A DNA stretch of 53,610 nucleotides, the filler included, from Jimgerdemannia flammicorona (lineage: Eukaryota), in NCBI GenBank assembly GCA_003990765.1. It is 2 parts of 2 records of this genome, joined end to end, with 100 filler letters (N's around TTAATTAATTAA, not from the genome) between each part and the next. Parts side by side here need not be neighbours in the genome. Positions count along the whole stretch, not along the records: positions 26,860 to 53,610 come from RBNJ01000699.1; 1 more part is not named here. One strand, written 5' to 3'. Positions 36,241 to 50,149 of this stretch are shown piece by piece (the stretch's first letter is position 1; every line of letters starts with the position of its first letter). The notes beneath the pieces were generated by a model. It saw only the letters and a program-made list of their open reading frames with translations. It had not been told where the DNA came from and searched no databases. The translations under genes and the position numbers were made by a program.

Positions 36241-37079
36241 GTGTTGGTGTTCTCGAGTCAAGCATGCGTTTGACAAACACCTCGCTGTTCGACCTCGAAT
36301 TCGTTCTTGATGCCGATCAAGCACGCAATCGGTGGCTTGTTTCCAGGGAACCTTAATTCACTTCTTGTTTCGTCCGTTTCTGCGTAGGCTGGTGCTTTTC
36401 AGAGCGTCTTTGATGTCTCCGTTCCTTCTGGTTTGTTGGATTTTCTGTTGTGAAGTCTCATTTCGATGTTTGATCGTGCATTACCCTAAAAATCAGGCAA
36501 GGAACGTCCCCTTGTATATACTCGCCGATGCCTATGGATGAGATGAAGCGAATTGAGGGCAATGAGGATATTGGTGATACCGTCCGCGCAACGCATACCA
36601 TCCTGGATTGAGTTCACGATGTTGCTCAGGTTGGCAGCGTTACCTGTATGATACTGATGTGGAGGGATTGAAAAGGGTTTAGAAATCGTGGTACGCACTA
36701 TGCGGGCAATTCAATCTCCAAATCAAATATATCTTGCGCACATCCTCGTGGCTGCTGCACGTCGCCCTGGTCTTGCCATCGGCCGAAAGCTGGAGCACAG
36801 GCACGCTGACTTGATAGCCAGCTTGCAGGACCTGGACTTTAGAAAGCACGGATGGCCCCTGATGACGGCGACTTTGACCGTCGTTATTTCTTTTTAGTTT
36901 AGTTAGGTGGCTCTGATACATCTTTTTCCTCTTGCACAACCCTGATGTGTGCGTGCAGTAGTATGTATCGTTCGCACGATGCCAGATTATATTGCTACCG
37001 GACATAATGACATGGCTCACATGAATGGGGTTTGGTTGGGGTTGATTGTCTGATGTAGGCCATGAGAGAGGGTGAAGGT

Positions 37080-37117
<38 letters not shown>

Positions 37118-37432
37118 ATCGACGGATGGGAGAATGTCGGAGAGGAAATCCTCACACTCTGCATATTGGACATGAAGGATCCTGGGATCCGTCGAATCCT
37201 GACGATTTCGCAAGAATTTGAGGTGGGTAGCTTTTATCGTGTGTAGTGTAACGCGGCGTCGTGCCAATAATAAAGTATTGATCGGGGCGGAAATAGAGGA
37301 AGGAAGCACCAACATCTAGTGCGCTATCAACATGATACTCCCATCTTCCCTCCCTCCGCATTCCACAAACCCCTTACAATGACACACCGCCCACTTCTCT
37401 CTCTCTGCTTCCCTCTCATATCTCACCACTCA

Positions 37433-38656
<1,224 letters not shown>

Positions 38657-39603
38657 GATTGGATTGATTCGAATGATTAGGTTGTTTTTTGGACAAGATC
38701 CAAGAGGCAGATTTTTATACTGGTGTGCGCACGTGCTCCCTGCGCCACCGACCCCTGTCACGCCTATCGACATAGCCTTCCACCGCCGATACACCTTTTA
38801 AGGGTATTTCGCACGACATCTGTAAGGTTGAGAGATTAGCTCGGATTTCGAACATCTAACGCCACATCAACGCCAATGGGCCACGTATGTATGAATCAGT
38901 AAGGTTATTCTTGCAGTGGGCGCAGTGATAATTCCAATAAAACTTTGGCGCCTTGAATTCTTTAAACTGGCTTGCGGAGTATTTATATACAACTCGGACA
39001 TTTGATGACGTAATGGATAGGTGATCGGGCAGTTTTGGATATAATTACTCCTTATGTATATATTTGTTTCCACACCAGGATAGCCACTATCCGAATCATC
39101 GCATGTCGTTAAGGACAGCTCCATCCAGCATTATTTTGCTAATAATCATTTATTTTAACATATATATATATACTATTAAATTAGATAAATCTAGATATGA
39201 GATTTAAGTTAGTAATGTTTAAACTTACATATCTAATAAAGCATGTTAGATAAATAATCAATACAAGATTAATAAAAGATCATTATACTCTAATAACTTA
39301 AATATTTTATTTTTATCTAAATTGGATATAATCAAATATTTGTAAATTTCAAATTTAAGTTGGTTTGGATTGTAACAAATTTTTTTAGATCACATTTGGA
39401 TATTATTCTAAAACACGATGTACTTTCAGATAAGTCGCAGTTTCCATGGTTTAATACCTGGTATTAATTTCAAAGGTACAAAAATTACGAATCATTAAAA
39501 AACGAAACGAAACCTCAATGTGATTACTTAACCGCAGACGACCATTACACTCCACGCATTCAGAACAAAGAAAGGCAAAAGCGACTCAATAAGTCAATTA
39601 CAT

Positions 39604-41023
39604 TCAGCCATCTTTTACCACCTTTCAACCTTCGCTCTTTTGTCCAATCCTGCCCTCGCTGGCCCTACAAACCAACTCGACTGCTGGCTTCAAACGTGCT
39701 TCCATGAATCCGACAGTAGACTCACGTCATCCAACGTCGTGTCCTTAATGTTGAATCCGGCCTTCTCGAACCCTTCGTGGATATCCTTTTTTCACAACGG
39801 CATTGTGAAAACGAAGAATTGCACCTCAGCATGTGCACAGAACCCTTAAGAACGCGCAACATGCTATTCCTAGTGCAACACGCCACACGCCGCATACATA
39901 AATACTCGCATACCTTGACCTTGCCCGGGGCCGACACGACGACGACATTGGACGTCTCAGGCTTGAACAAGTTGTTCAGATAGAGATTGAGGACGCGGTG
40001 TAGGTCGTCCTTTGTGACGTCCTACAGTTGGTCGGCATGCACGTACATTCGTACTTAATCGTTAGTGAAAATGCTCATCGTAGTTCAAATCTGAAAGGAA
40101 TTTGACGATGCGGTACCTGGACCTTGACCAACATGTCCTTTCCGTGCGTCACGGAGACTTTCTTGAGCACCTGGTTCAGGAACGATTCGGTCGCGGCGCG
40201 GCTCATTGTGTCCTACGCGATAGAAACAATGGAAAATATCGCCCATAAATACACATGGGGTGTGACAAAGGAACAGATCAAGGCGCCATCGAAATGTGTC
40301 GTGGCAAAATGGGCACATTCCTTCAGAAAGGCTTAGTCCCGAACGTTGTGCGAGACCAACGGAGCAAACCCAAACCCAACATACCTCACGATCAACGATA
40401 CTGAAGATCACACCACTCTTGGCGCCATCGATCAGTGCTTTATCGAAATCCAGCTGAAGGATTGGATCAAATGCATAAAGCAACCAAAGTTTAGTGCGAT
40501 CATGTTTTTTTTCTGCTATTAGGAAAAAAAAAAAAAAAATACCAAACATAATGTATCTCCCTCCCCCCTTTCCTCGACGAGCATATTCGTATTCCCACCT
40601 TCTTATCGGCTACCTCCTGCAACACTTTTTTTGCCTGCTCAAACGCTTTGAATGCGTCGGGCGAACTGTAAATGCTGAAATTCACCAACCCTACAAGCAA
40701 TTTCGTATTAGGTTTAATTGTCATTGACTCCATAAAGTCAACTTATTCCTTTCTCATCCGACTTCCAGAGCAAGACGACTTACCAGCCTCAACATCGGCA
40801 CTCAGCGAGCACGCATACGCCAACCCTTGCCCGCGGATCAGTTTCCAGAAGATGCCCTCCATGTTCTCCAGTAGCTCGATCAGGACGAGCAAAGGGGCGA
40901 TGTCAGGAGAGTCAAAGCGGGAGGGGCCTGTATTACGTGCAAGATTTACGGAGTGAGCTCAGCGTCGTCACGTTTACAAAAACACGTCCAAAGAAAGATT
41001 TCCCTGCAAGCAACCACATTGAG

Positions 41024-41090
<67 letters not shown>

Positions 41091-44000
41091 GTGTACCTTT
41101 GGCAGAGTGGAGCGAGAACGAACTTTCGATGGACGGCAGGTTCACTACATACCCCTACAGAGTATTGAAGAAGCGCGCAAATAGGTCGTTTTTAATATGT
41201 GAACATAACGGCAGTGACTATGCGCAATTCCCGCCAAATATTCATTCTTCTCATCCCATTCTATTTTTTCCCCCGATATATATATATATATAAACTCACA
41301 ACATTGCCGGGAACCTTCCCACACTCCGTTAGAACATCCTGCGCCAAAGGCACAGGTGTGAGCTTCTCAATCTTCCCACCCTGGGTTGATGGTTACCGAC
41401 ACAATATAACAAGAACAATTAAATAGTGAATAAAGTGGTCGTTCGGCATGATTGGCCATTTTGTGATTCTCAAATTCGAAGACGAATGACGATTAATAAC
41501 GAGGACTAAGATGTACCTTGTTCTTTCCGAAGTGCTCGAACGCCTTTCTAGGATGCTCGAGCTTCATAATGTTGCCGATGACATGGATACGGAAGTTCCG
41601 TGGGCGGCATACTGTACATTATCGAGAGATAAAAACACACACACGAAAACTAACCACAGAGTATCCGTGTAAATTCCCATTCCCATAACCCAGGGTGAAT
41701 ACTCACGAATTTCTCGGAATTCATTCAGGTCCGCCACGACCTTCTCCGGCCGCTCGTCGATCTTCTTCAGCAGCTCGGGCAGGAACTGCGCCTGATAGAG
41801 CACGTTGGTGGCGGCAAAGCTGGACTTGCTCCGGTCGAACTGGAGCGCGCGCAACGCGGCGCCAGTCATCTATCGACAAATTTATGGCATATAGTGAGTT
41901 GAGAAATGAGGAGGATTAGTTGATATTTCGACATAGGTTGAATGATTGCTAAATCGTGTAGTCACATCATCCAAAACATGCAAGATTTACATACCCTTCT
42001 ACCGTCACGTTTCGCCTGCGGGATGTCATTAAGAATTTTACTGGCTGCAATCTTCAACCTATCGAACAAAAAACGAACATCGCTCATACCAACTTCATAA
42101 ATAACCGTAAGATGTGATAACAAACAAGGAAATACCAACCTCTCTGTTGCAAATTCAGTGTTCCAGAGTAGATCCTCGAGCCATTTGATCGCTTTCTTGT
42201 ATTTTGCGGCCTGCGATTCACAAACGGGATATTTTGACAGCGTTTAAGTAAAAATCATACATTGAACCTTCGAAAATCGTTAATAGATCATCCACGTTTC
42301 GCGGACATATTGCCGAAATATCAGTTAATATCCCCCCTCCCCCCCTCCCCCCCTCCCCCCCCCCCCCCCCCCCCCCCCTTTCCTCCAATATTCAAACCCA
42401 TTATACTCACTTCAACCTTCATACTAATCAACACAAGCTCCCTGAATCCAGACCCAGACCCAAGCGAGGCGTTGAATTGGATCGTATCCTCATTCAACTG
42501 CCGCACAACCTCCTCGTAGGAGATCTGTGTACCGTCCGGTTTGTCGAGGGGCAGGTTGAAGAACGAATCGAGGAAGACGCTCATGTAGGCGCGGAGGTGG
42601 GGGGGGAGGGCCGTCGTGGTGATGATTAGGGAGAGGGTCACGAACGCAGAATTTATATCTGTGGTGATAGATGGAGAGGCTTAAGCGGTGGTCATGATTC
42701 CAGGGACGCGAAGTCGGTTTGTACTAGGAACTTACGATCGAATTGGATGAAATACGGGATGGAGACGTCGTCCTTGTTTACGTGATCCTGGACTTCATTC
42801 CTACTGGTGTGGATCGAAAGCAAAGGGGAGGGTCAGCCGCATGCAAGTAAATGCACCGATAACTATCGTTGTGTATCGCAATTTTCAACCACAAATAACA
42901 GTATCAAACTACTCTCGCTCTCAACCCCCCTCGATACAGACAGACAGACATGGCAAACTTACATATGCTCAACGGGTTGATTCCGTGCCGTCACGACAGG
43001 GATGAATGAAATCGAACTTGCAGAAGGGATGGGAAACGATTCTGCAATCGAAGTTGAAATCCTCTTAGATATATGAGCAAATTTGCGGCGTACACTCCAT
43101 AAGCACACCGATATCCAATCGTATATGCAAAAATACGTACCCATGATCTCCTTAGGCACCTTCACGTCGTTCTTCTTCTTTACCTCCTCCAACTTACGCT
43201 CCAGCTCTTTAAGCTTCTCTTTGCCCAACCGCTCACGCTGTGCCTCCGTGCGCTCGGTCTCCTCGCGTAGAAGTTTCTTAGCAAACTTGGCCGAGGGCTT
43301 GCCAAGGAGACAGATGTGGGCCGGGGTGACGTAATATCTGATGCAAAGAAAAGCGTAGTTTTGAGGCGACTTTTGAGGCGACTGCGTTATAGATCCACAA
43401 CGAGGATCCGACAGGTTATACATAAATCAAGCATAAAATGGTGTCCCAATTGACTCACTTGCGCAGCCGTTCGATCCATTGCTCGTTCGTGAACTGAGCT
43501 ACGGCTTCGAGGTACTTGAGGTCTTGGACCGAGCGCTCAAGGTCTTCACCGTTGGGGTCACCGTACAGAAAATCTATAACATTTTCAAACATGGGCGATA
43601 AAAAGATAAGTAAACAATCCGAAGCCTCTTCTCATGCGATATTTAAAGCTTCCAGTAAAGAAATGCACGACACAAGATCCATACCCGTGATACACGTTAT
43701 CGCAAATGAGAATTGTGCGGCAATTTCTACACTGTTCAACAACTAAAGTAACCGAGGGGTAGGGGTAGGCAGTTTAATGCCCTATCCATCGTATATGTTA
43801 CTATGAAAATCGCCAAGCAACACTGTGCGCAGATTTACTCTCATCTCCCATAGTGGTCTCATCTATCAGGACACTTTAGGCAATCAAAACAAAGCATTCT
43901 CTACACACCTTGAGCTTCTCCCTATTGATGACCGTACGCATGCGATCCATGTCAAATCCCTGCTTGCAAACACGATCGAGGACCCTCAAGAACTTGGGTT

Positions 44001-44376
44001 TGATCTCCTCCAGGTTCTCAGCAGGCACGTTCGAGAAGTTCAAGGTCAGGATAACGCGGAGCTGTTCGGTCATGTGGAAGTCGATGTCTACGTACGCCGA
44101 ACGAGTATATATGAACGTCGGTAGGAGTGGAGTGGGGAGTAAGCACGACCAAAGAAAAAGAAGAGAGCCAGCATAGTAGTAACTTCAGACCGTCCCATGC
44201 GACATAGGGATGCGAATGAATAGCTTACCGGTACACAATGGTTCCTCAATCTCGACAAACTCTCTCTGTAAGACGGATACGGCCGAGTCGGAAAGGTATC
44301 TATTTGGTATAGGTTTTGCCCATGCAAGCATGGCACGATAACACAATGAGATCGTGAACATAAGTTTCAACATCCG

Positions 44377-44454
<78 letters not shown>

Positions 44455-47154
44455 CCCAGCCATCATTTCCACCAATACTTACGTATTCAACACATCAATC
44501 GCCTTCAACTCCAGGTAGTCCTATAGTAATGTGACGGGTAACAGCCAAGGTAATCCAAAAGTCACGATTAGCACGCACCCAAACTCCCCATCTTCCTCCG
44601 CTCTCCCAACTCTAAATTTCACCAAGCTAACGCACCTGAACCTTAGGCCCCATCCACGCGAACATCACCTCGCCCATGCTCTCATCCTCATCCGGGAACT
44701 GGACCACTTCATCCACAGACTTAACCAGCGGTGGGGGTTGGGGCGAGGTGACCCATGGCCTTCGGATAGGGGGTAAAGGCCCTTTGCGAATGATGCGTTC
44801 CTCGACGGGGACGAGAGCGCGCAGCAGGCGGGCGTGGTCGATCTTTCCCGTGATGACGAGGCAGAGGTTGTCGGGACGGTAGTAGGAGCGGTGGTAGTCG
44901 CGGACTTAAGGAAGAACGAGAAGAGAGTATGAGAAACGGAACGTGAGGTTTGAGCGTATTTTAACAAGTAGGTATGAAGGCGGAGAACTCACTTTGCTTG
45001 ACGCCGAGGTCCCTCAGACACTCCATCAGCCCTCCCGTTTCGCTTCGGTAGCCGCATCCTTCGGGAAACATGAGTCGTTGCATCCTGCGTAGACAAATAC
45101 AGGAGGGAGAAAGAAGCGCATCAGGAATGCAGATACAACAATGCGTGGCGCTACAGCAACCAGAGCAGCGTCACCGTCACACCTATGCTGAAGACGATCG
45201 CCGCTCGTGTTTTGACGACCCTGTGAGGTTTCGTTAAATACAGGGTATGAGAAGCTCAAGTCAACATAATGGCTCAGGCGACAATCGCCAAAGTTTTTTC
45301 TATGTTATCATACCTGCATCTCACTGTATACCACCTGAAGCATAAAAATAGATGACATTCATGGATATTAAAAAATATCCTTCGGATTAAATCACGAATG
45401 GTAATGAGATGCTTTCAAATGAATTATATAGATGACAGCATACCCCTACAACATGACGGCGGGAGCGGGATTTATACATTAAGGAAGTAACAGGGATATT
45501 AGTATTAGCCCTATTTATTTCCACGCAACGTGCCAATGCAAGTCCGCTCAGTCCGCCTATATAGATCTATATTCACAGACAAGTCATCCATCCCATCTAC
45601 CCTTCGTGGATCTCTTATGAACCGTTGCATGAAGAACATACCTGCGTCCTCGCCTTTCCCGTTGATATTATGCACCTAAAGATCCGAAAATAGTGTGAAC
45701 ATTGACACTCCTTGATTTTCTTGTGACACTTCACCAACCAACATTATAACACCGCATTTCCGCCTTGTACAGAATATAACCAATCCTTAATCTTCCACCG
45801 TTCACGACTCTCTCAAACACCTCACCACCAGATACCCACCTCAGTATAGTACCCGTTGTCCGTCAGCGTCGGATACAAGACATGATCGATATAGATGGGC
45901 AGGAGGTTGAGGAATCCTTCGCTTCCCGCAGTGGTGATGGCTGTCGCGTTTCGCGGGCGGGGAAGAAGCGGCATCGTTAGCAAGACGGACCAAATCATGC
46001 GAGCCGTCGCGGCAAGGATCAGTATGGAGATGGAGTGCACTTGGAACGTACTGTAGCATGTGTGGCTTTAAGGATTCATAGTTCGTTCCAAGAGGATATA
46101 TTTGAAAACAAAAGCAGGTATGGGTCAAGAATTTGCCATATCAGATTATGCTGCCCTCAGCACTAGTCCCAACCCCTACCTTCTCCTAACACACGACTTT
46201 CGGTACAAAACAACCAGTAACGTACTCAGTGTCAGTCCAAGCATTTGTACCCTGTGCGAGCGCGCGGTTGGCGAGCGAGTCAAGAACTCCCTAAAGCGCA
46301 ATGCAATGTACGTTTGCATTCAGACAGGAGAGCAGGCGGGGGGAGACGATTGATGTCGAGGAAAGTAATTTCCATGATGCGTACCTTATAAGGATAATTC
46401 TCGCTACCCAAGAAGACCAAGCTGGTATGACATGAAGTTAGGGGTTTCGCCCTTATCAAATGATCAGAGGTAACCGTGGGACCGTGGGTATGAGAAATTA
46501 AGATGACTCACTGCTCAAGTGTGTGAGGGCAACCATAGTCGTCCGTGGCTACGGGATGTGAGTGTGAGGCGAATAGGATCAGCGAATGCAGATCGGCCGG
46601 ACTTCGTATCCCCAAAAACCCCACCAAAACCAAATCCCAAATTTCCCACGAGAGGCCACACGTCCATCCACGCTTTAGACCCGTTTGAGCAAGTTACCTT
46701 CGGTCGCCAAAACGAAAAAACCGTTCACGAGCGGGGCTGTGCGAAGGGACGTGGGAATGGGTTAAAGAACAATCGTCGCGATCGATTTTCCCACGCGTCC
46801 GCTCACATTCCAGCCAAACTCCGTCTTAGGCCGCTCCGTAGCGAACTTCGCGTATATCGACGCGGTTTTCACATTTCGACGACGTCATCACTTGACATGA
46901 ACGCGTTTCCAACCCCGACGCTGCGACCGGATCGGGAATGTCACGAGGGCCTCAAATTTCCTCTATGTCGCTCCGCAAAACAACCCCGCTTCTCCCCATG
47001 GGTACATACATTCAATATCGACGTGCACGACGGTCAACCCCGTTTGCGGGGAGCGGAACTTCATGACGGCGACGCCATACTCGGTGGTGAGCTGCTTAAC
47101 GACCTCGTAGTTGGCGGCGGCGGCGACGGCTTGGGTTGGGTTCGTTGGGGCCAT
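39604..47154 (-). CDS. Multi-exon M16-family zinc metalloprotease (Sdd3/YOL098C- or Cym1-related)
   Basis: Inverted zinc motif GCPHTLEH (46511-46535) then LVFLGSENYPYK, GTNAWT, TAGSEGFLNLLPIYIDHVLYP, and WKLIRGQGLAY near the C-terminus; many GT-AG introns. Confidence 0.85.
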
Positions 47155-50149
47155 TGCGTGTGGAGAGAGAGAGGAAGTTGAGGTCAGAAGAGCCAAGAAG
47201 GTTAATTTTTATTTCCTTCTTAGTACAAGGGTGACTGGTAGTTCGTGGGGTTTTATATGCATACAGTGGTTACCTTGATCGGAATGAATCCGTTATAATA
47301 ATGGCACCCGGGCACATGGCTCTAAGGCAGATCCCGCCAATCGTCAAAAGGCGCGTTTACTCCCTCACCATAACACCACATGCAACCGCATCAGCCACCC
47401 CATCTCGATGATCAGGCGCCCAAGCGCGCAAACAATGAGAGCGCCGACAGCCTGACGCGTCTTGGGATACGCACCCGCACCACGTGAGGCGGTGCGGGGA
47501 ACCGGGCCTGTTTGGGAAAGAGGTCCCAAATTGGCCCCCAGTGCGGGGTTCGTGTCTCGAGACCAAACTCTTGACAGGTCTTTGTTTGGAGGTGGCGCTG
47601 GGGTAGTGTGTATTACTATACGGCTGGGTCGACGATCAAAAAGCTCGGCAAATCACGTTTAAGGATGAATGTGGGGCGGAACAAAGAGGGTTTATCATAG
47701 GATCAATAACCCCGTACTAGGCGATATTTAAATTCTGCATACCTCCACCCTAACTGTCAACGACCACCCGAATGACAATTGTCAAACGTGTCACTATCCA
47801 TAACGCCCATCAGGATCGCCTTCTGCTCCACGATTCTCAATTAGAGCCATATAAATTATTCGCGCCGTCCGCACGGGTTCGCCCGTCCTTTCCATGAGAT
47901 GCATGCCTGGACCTGCAGCTCCAAAATTATGTTTTCCCATTGAAGTTGTAGATGAACTGCATGAAGCATAACATCAATAAACACAGAGCGGTACGCAAGA
48001 AAACCCAAGAACCCGAGCCGCAGATTTTGATGATCGAGCTGTGAAATCTTGGCGCCTAGATCCGAGTCGTCGTACAACTCAAGGGATCGATTACGTCGGC
48101 CTCTGAAATAATGAATGCAGGCATACATCATCACCCTTTTGGCAATCTTTTCACTACGAATGGGCATCTCGACGGCTCCTAGCCACTGCAAAACGCCAAG
48201 TCCAGAAGCGCGAGTGTTACAAAGAAGCATTGGCTTTTGGGGTGGGTTCCCTCGCGTCTGTACTTCATCACATGAAAGGGTGACGGCGAATCATGAAGAG
48301 ATGTGTTCATTTTTTCGGATCAGGTCAAGGATCTTCTATCGATCCAGATGGGTTTTCAAAGCAATCACAGTTTTCTTGATGGGATTTCCAGTTTTTCTTT
48401 GGGCGGGAATATAGGTCATTGTGAGGTGTGTGCCTTTCCATACTCAGATATTCGGATAAAGTTAGAGTTTTCTTGATATTGATACAGACCTTCTGTTTCA
48501 CACATACTATTTGGGCTCATTAATATTTTAATTGAGACTTTTAACAATGCCAGATCTACTGGACAAGAAGATGAATTATTCTGAGATTTATTTTAGTATT
48601 TCAAATTTGACAGATTTGAATAAACAAGTAAAATATTTATTATTATATATTAAGAAAGATTAAATGTTAAAATAATTATTTAGAAGTAATTTATTTATTA
48701 CTTTATAAAAGTTATTTTATTTGCTATAAAAATCTGTATTAATTAATTTTCAAATAATAATAATATTTTTTATATTATCTATTTGATTATTTTATATTTA
48801 AATATAAAAGTAAAAAGATTTGATCATTAATTTAAATTAAGTAATAATAATTTATTTAAAAATTAAAATATTAATATTAAATATATATAATAAGTTTTTA
48901 ATACAAACTATATATTTTTATAGCTAAAATATTAAATTTAGTCAAATAAATATATATAAAATTACTTTATATTCCAAGACAAAAATTCCAATTTATCTGA
49001 TTTATTTGATTTAACATTATGGACTAAATTATTTAAAGCTTCAATTTAATTTCATTTAGGTCTAGCATATTTGTCTTCTTGGTTATTCTTTCCACAGTAC
49101 AAATGACGGTTATGCAACAGCAGCATGTGCGTGCGCCACACTATGCCGCAGCCACGTGCACGCTCCACCAAGCGTTTCAGCCCCGCTCACGTTTGGCCAA
49201 TGTTCACCTTCAATGTTCAGTACGGCGAATCTATAAATCACCCCACGTGACTAATAGTGTTCTGGGGTCCATGAAACGTCATCCAAATAGTCATGTGCTC
49301 AAGATTGGGTAAAATAATACTATTCACTAAAAATCATTGTGTAATAATATTTTTTTGATGTATACTATTATAAAATTTATATAGTATTAGAAATTTATAT
49401 AGTGATTTCCATTTTAAGAAGTATATAATTTTGGCTCAATATAATAAAAATTCTTTTTTGAGACAAAAAAAAAAAAAATTAAAAAAAAAATTCTGACTCT
49501 GTCAAGTTGTAGTAAAGAATTATTCTACAGAATTAGGGTTTTAAAGTTTATAGATTCAGGTCGTGTTAATTGCATCTTCATTTTTGTCAGGTTGCTGTTC
49601 CAGTTGTCCGCCTAAGTCTCATTTTTCACCAGTACATCTGATGTGACATGAATACTGCCTGAACAACCTGCTGGTGGTGTCAGTAGAACGCCAGATAAAT
49701 GCTGATTTGGACATGTATAAAAATCGTTGGGGATTTATTCGGAGGAAAAGGGTGCAGTATATTTGTTTATCAAAAATTCGCAGCGGTCGTGTTAAGCGTG
49801 GACTGAGTCCTTTCCGCGGCTGGTAGAGGATGATCTATGATTCCATATCTCTTTATTTTGACCCACTCGAAATTCTTCAACTTATATAGACAGCAGAAGA
49901 ATGTCCAATCGCCCCATGCTGTCAGGAGGACCTTCATCGATGATTAAATCGCATGACTCTCGTCCTTTATTTTTACACTCACATTAGCGCCTTGCTAATG
50001 TTATGAGAGGTTTAGCTCATTCCTGTTATTTCAAATCAATGTGAAGATGTTGAGAAGGGCGAAACCCCAGGATAACGCAGCACAGCAACACCATCACCGG
50101 GCGAATTAGAATTGGGGAGGTGCTTGGTGCTTCACTACTGGAATCACGA

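Noticed and set aside
40937..41293. Poly-Lys, poly-Phe and poly-Pro ORFs (also 36679-37315, 42262-42519, 44185-44475)
   Set aside because: They arise from intronic or intergenic homopolymer runs whose lengths may be sequencing artefacts.
47856..48414. Overlapping ORFs upstream of the M16 protease
   Set aside because: No recognisable motif or consistent splice pattern; possibly a gene fragment, but I cannot support a call.
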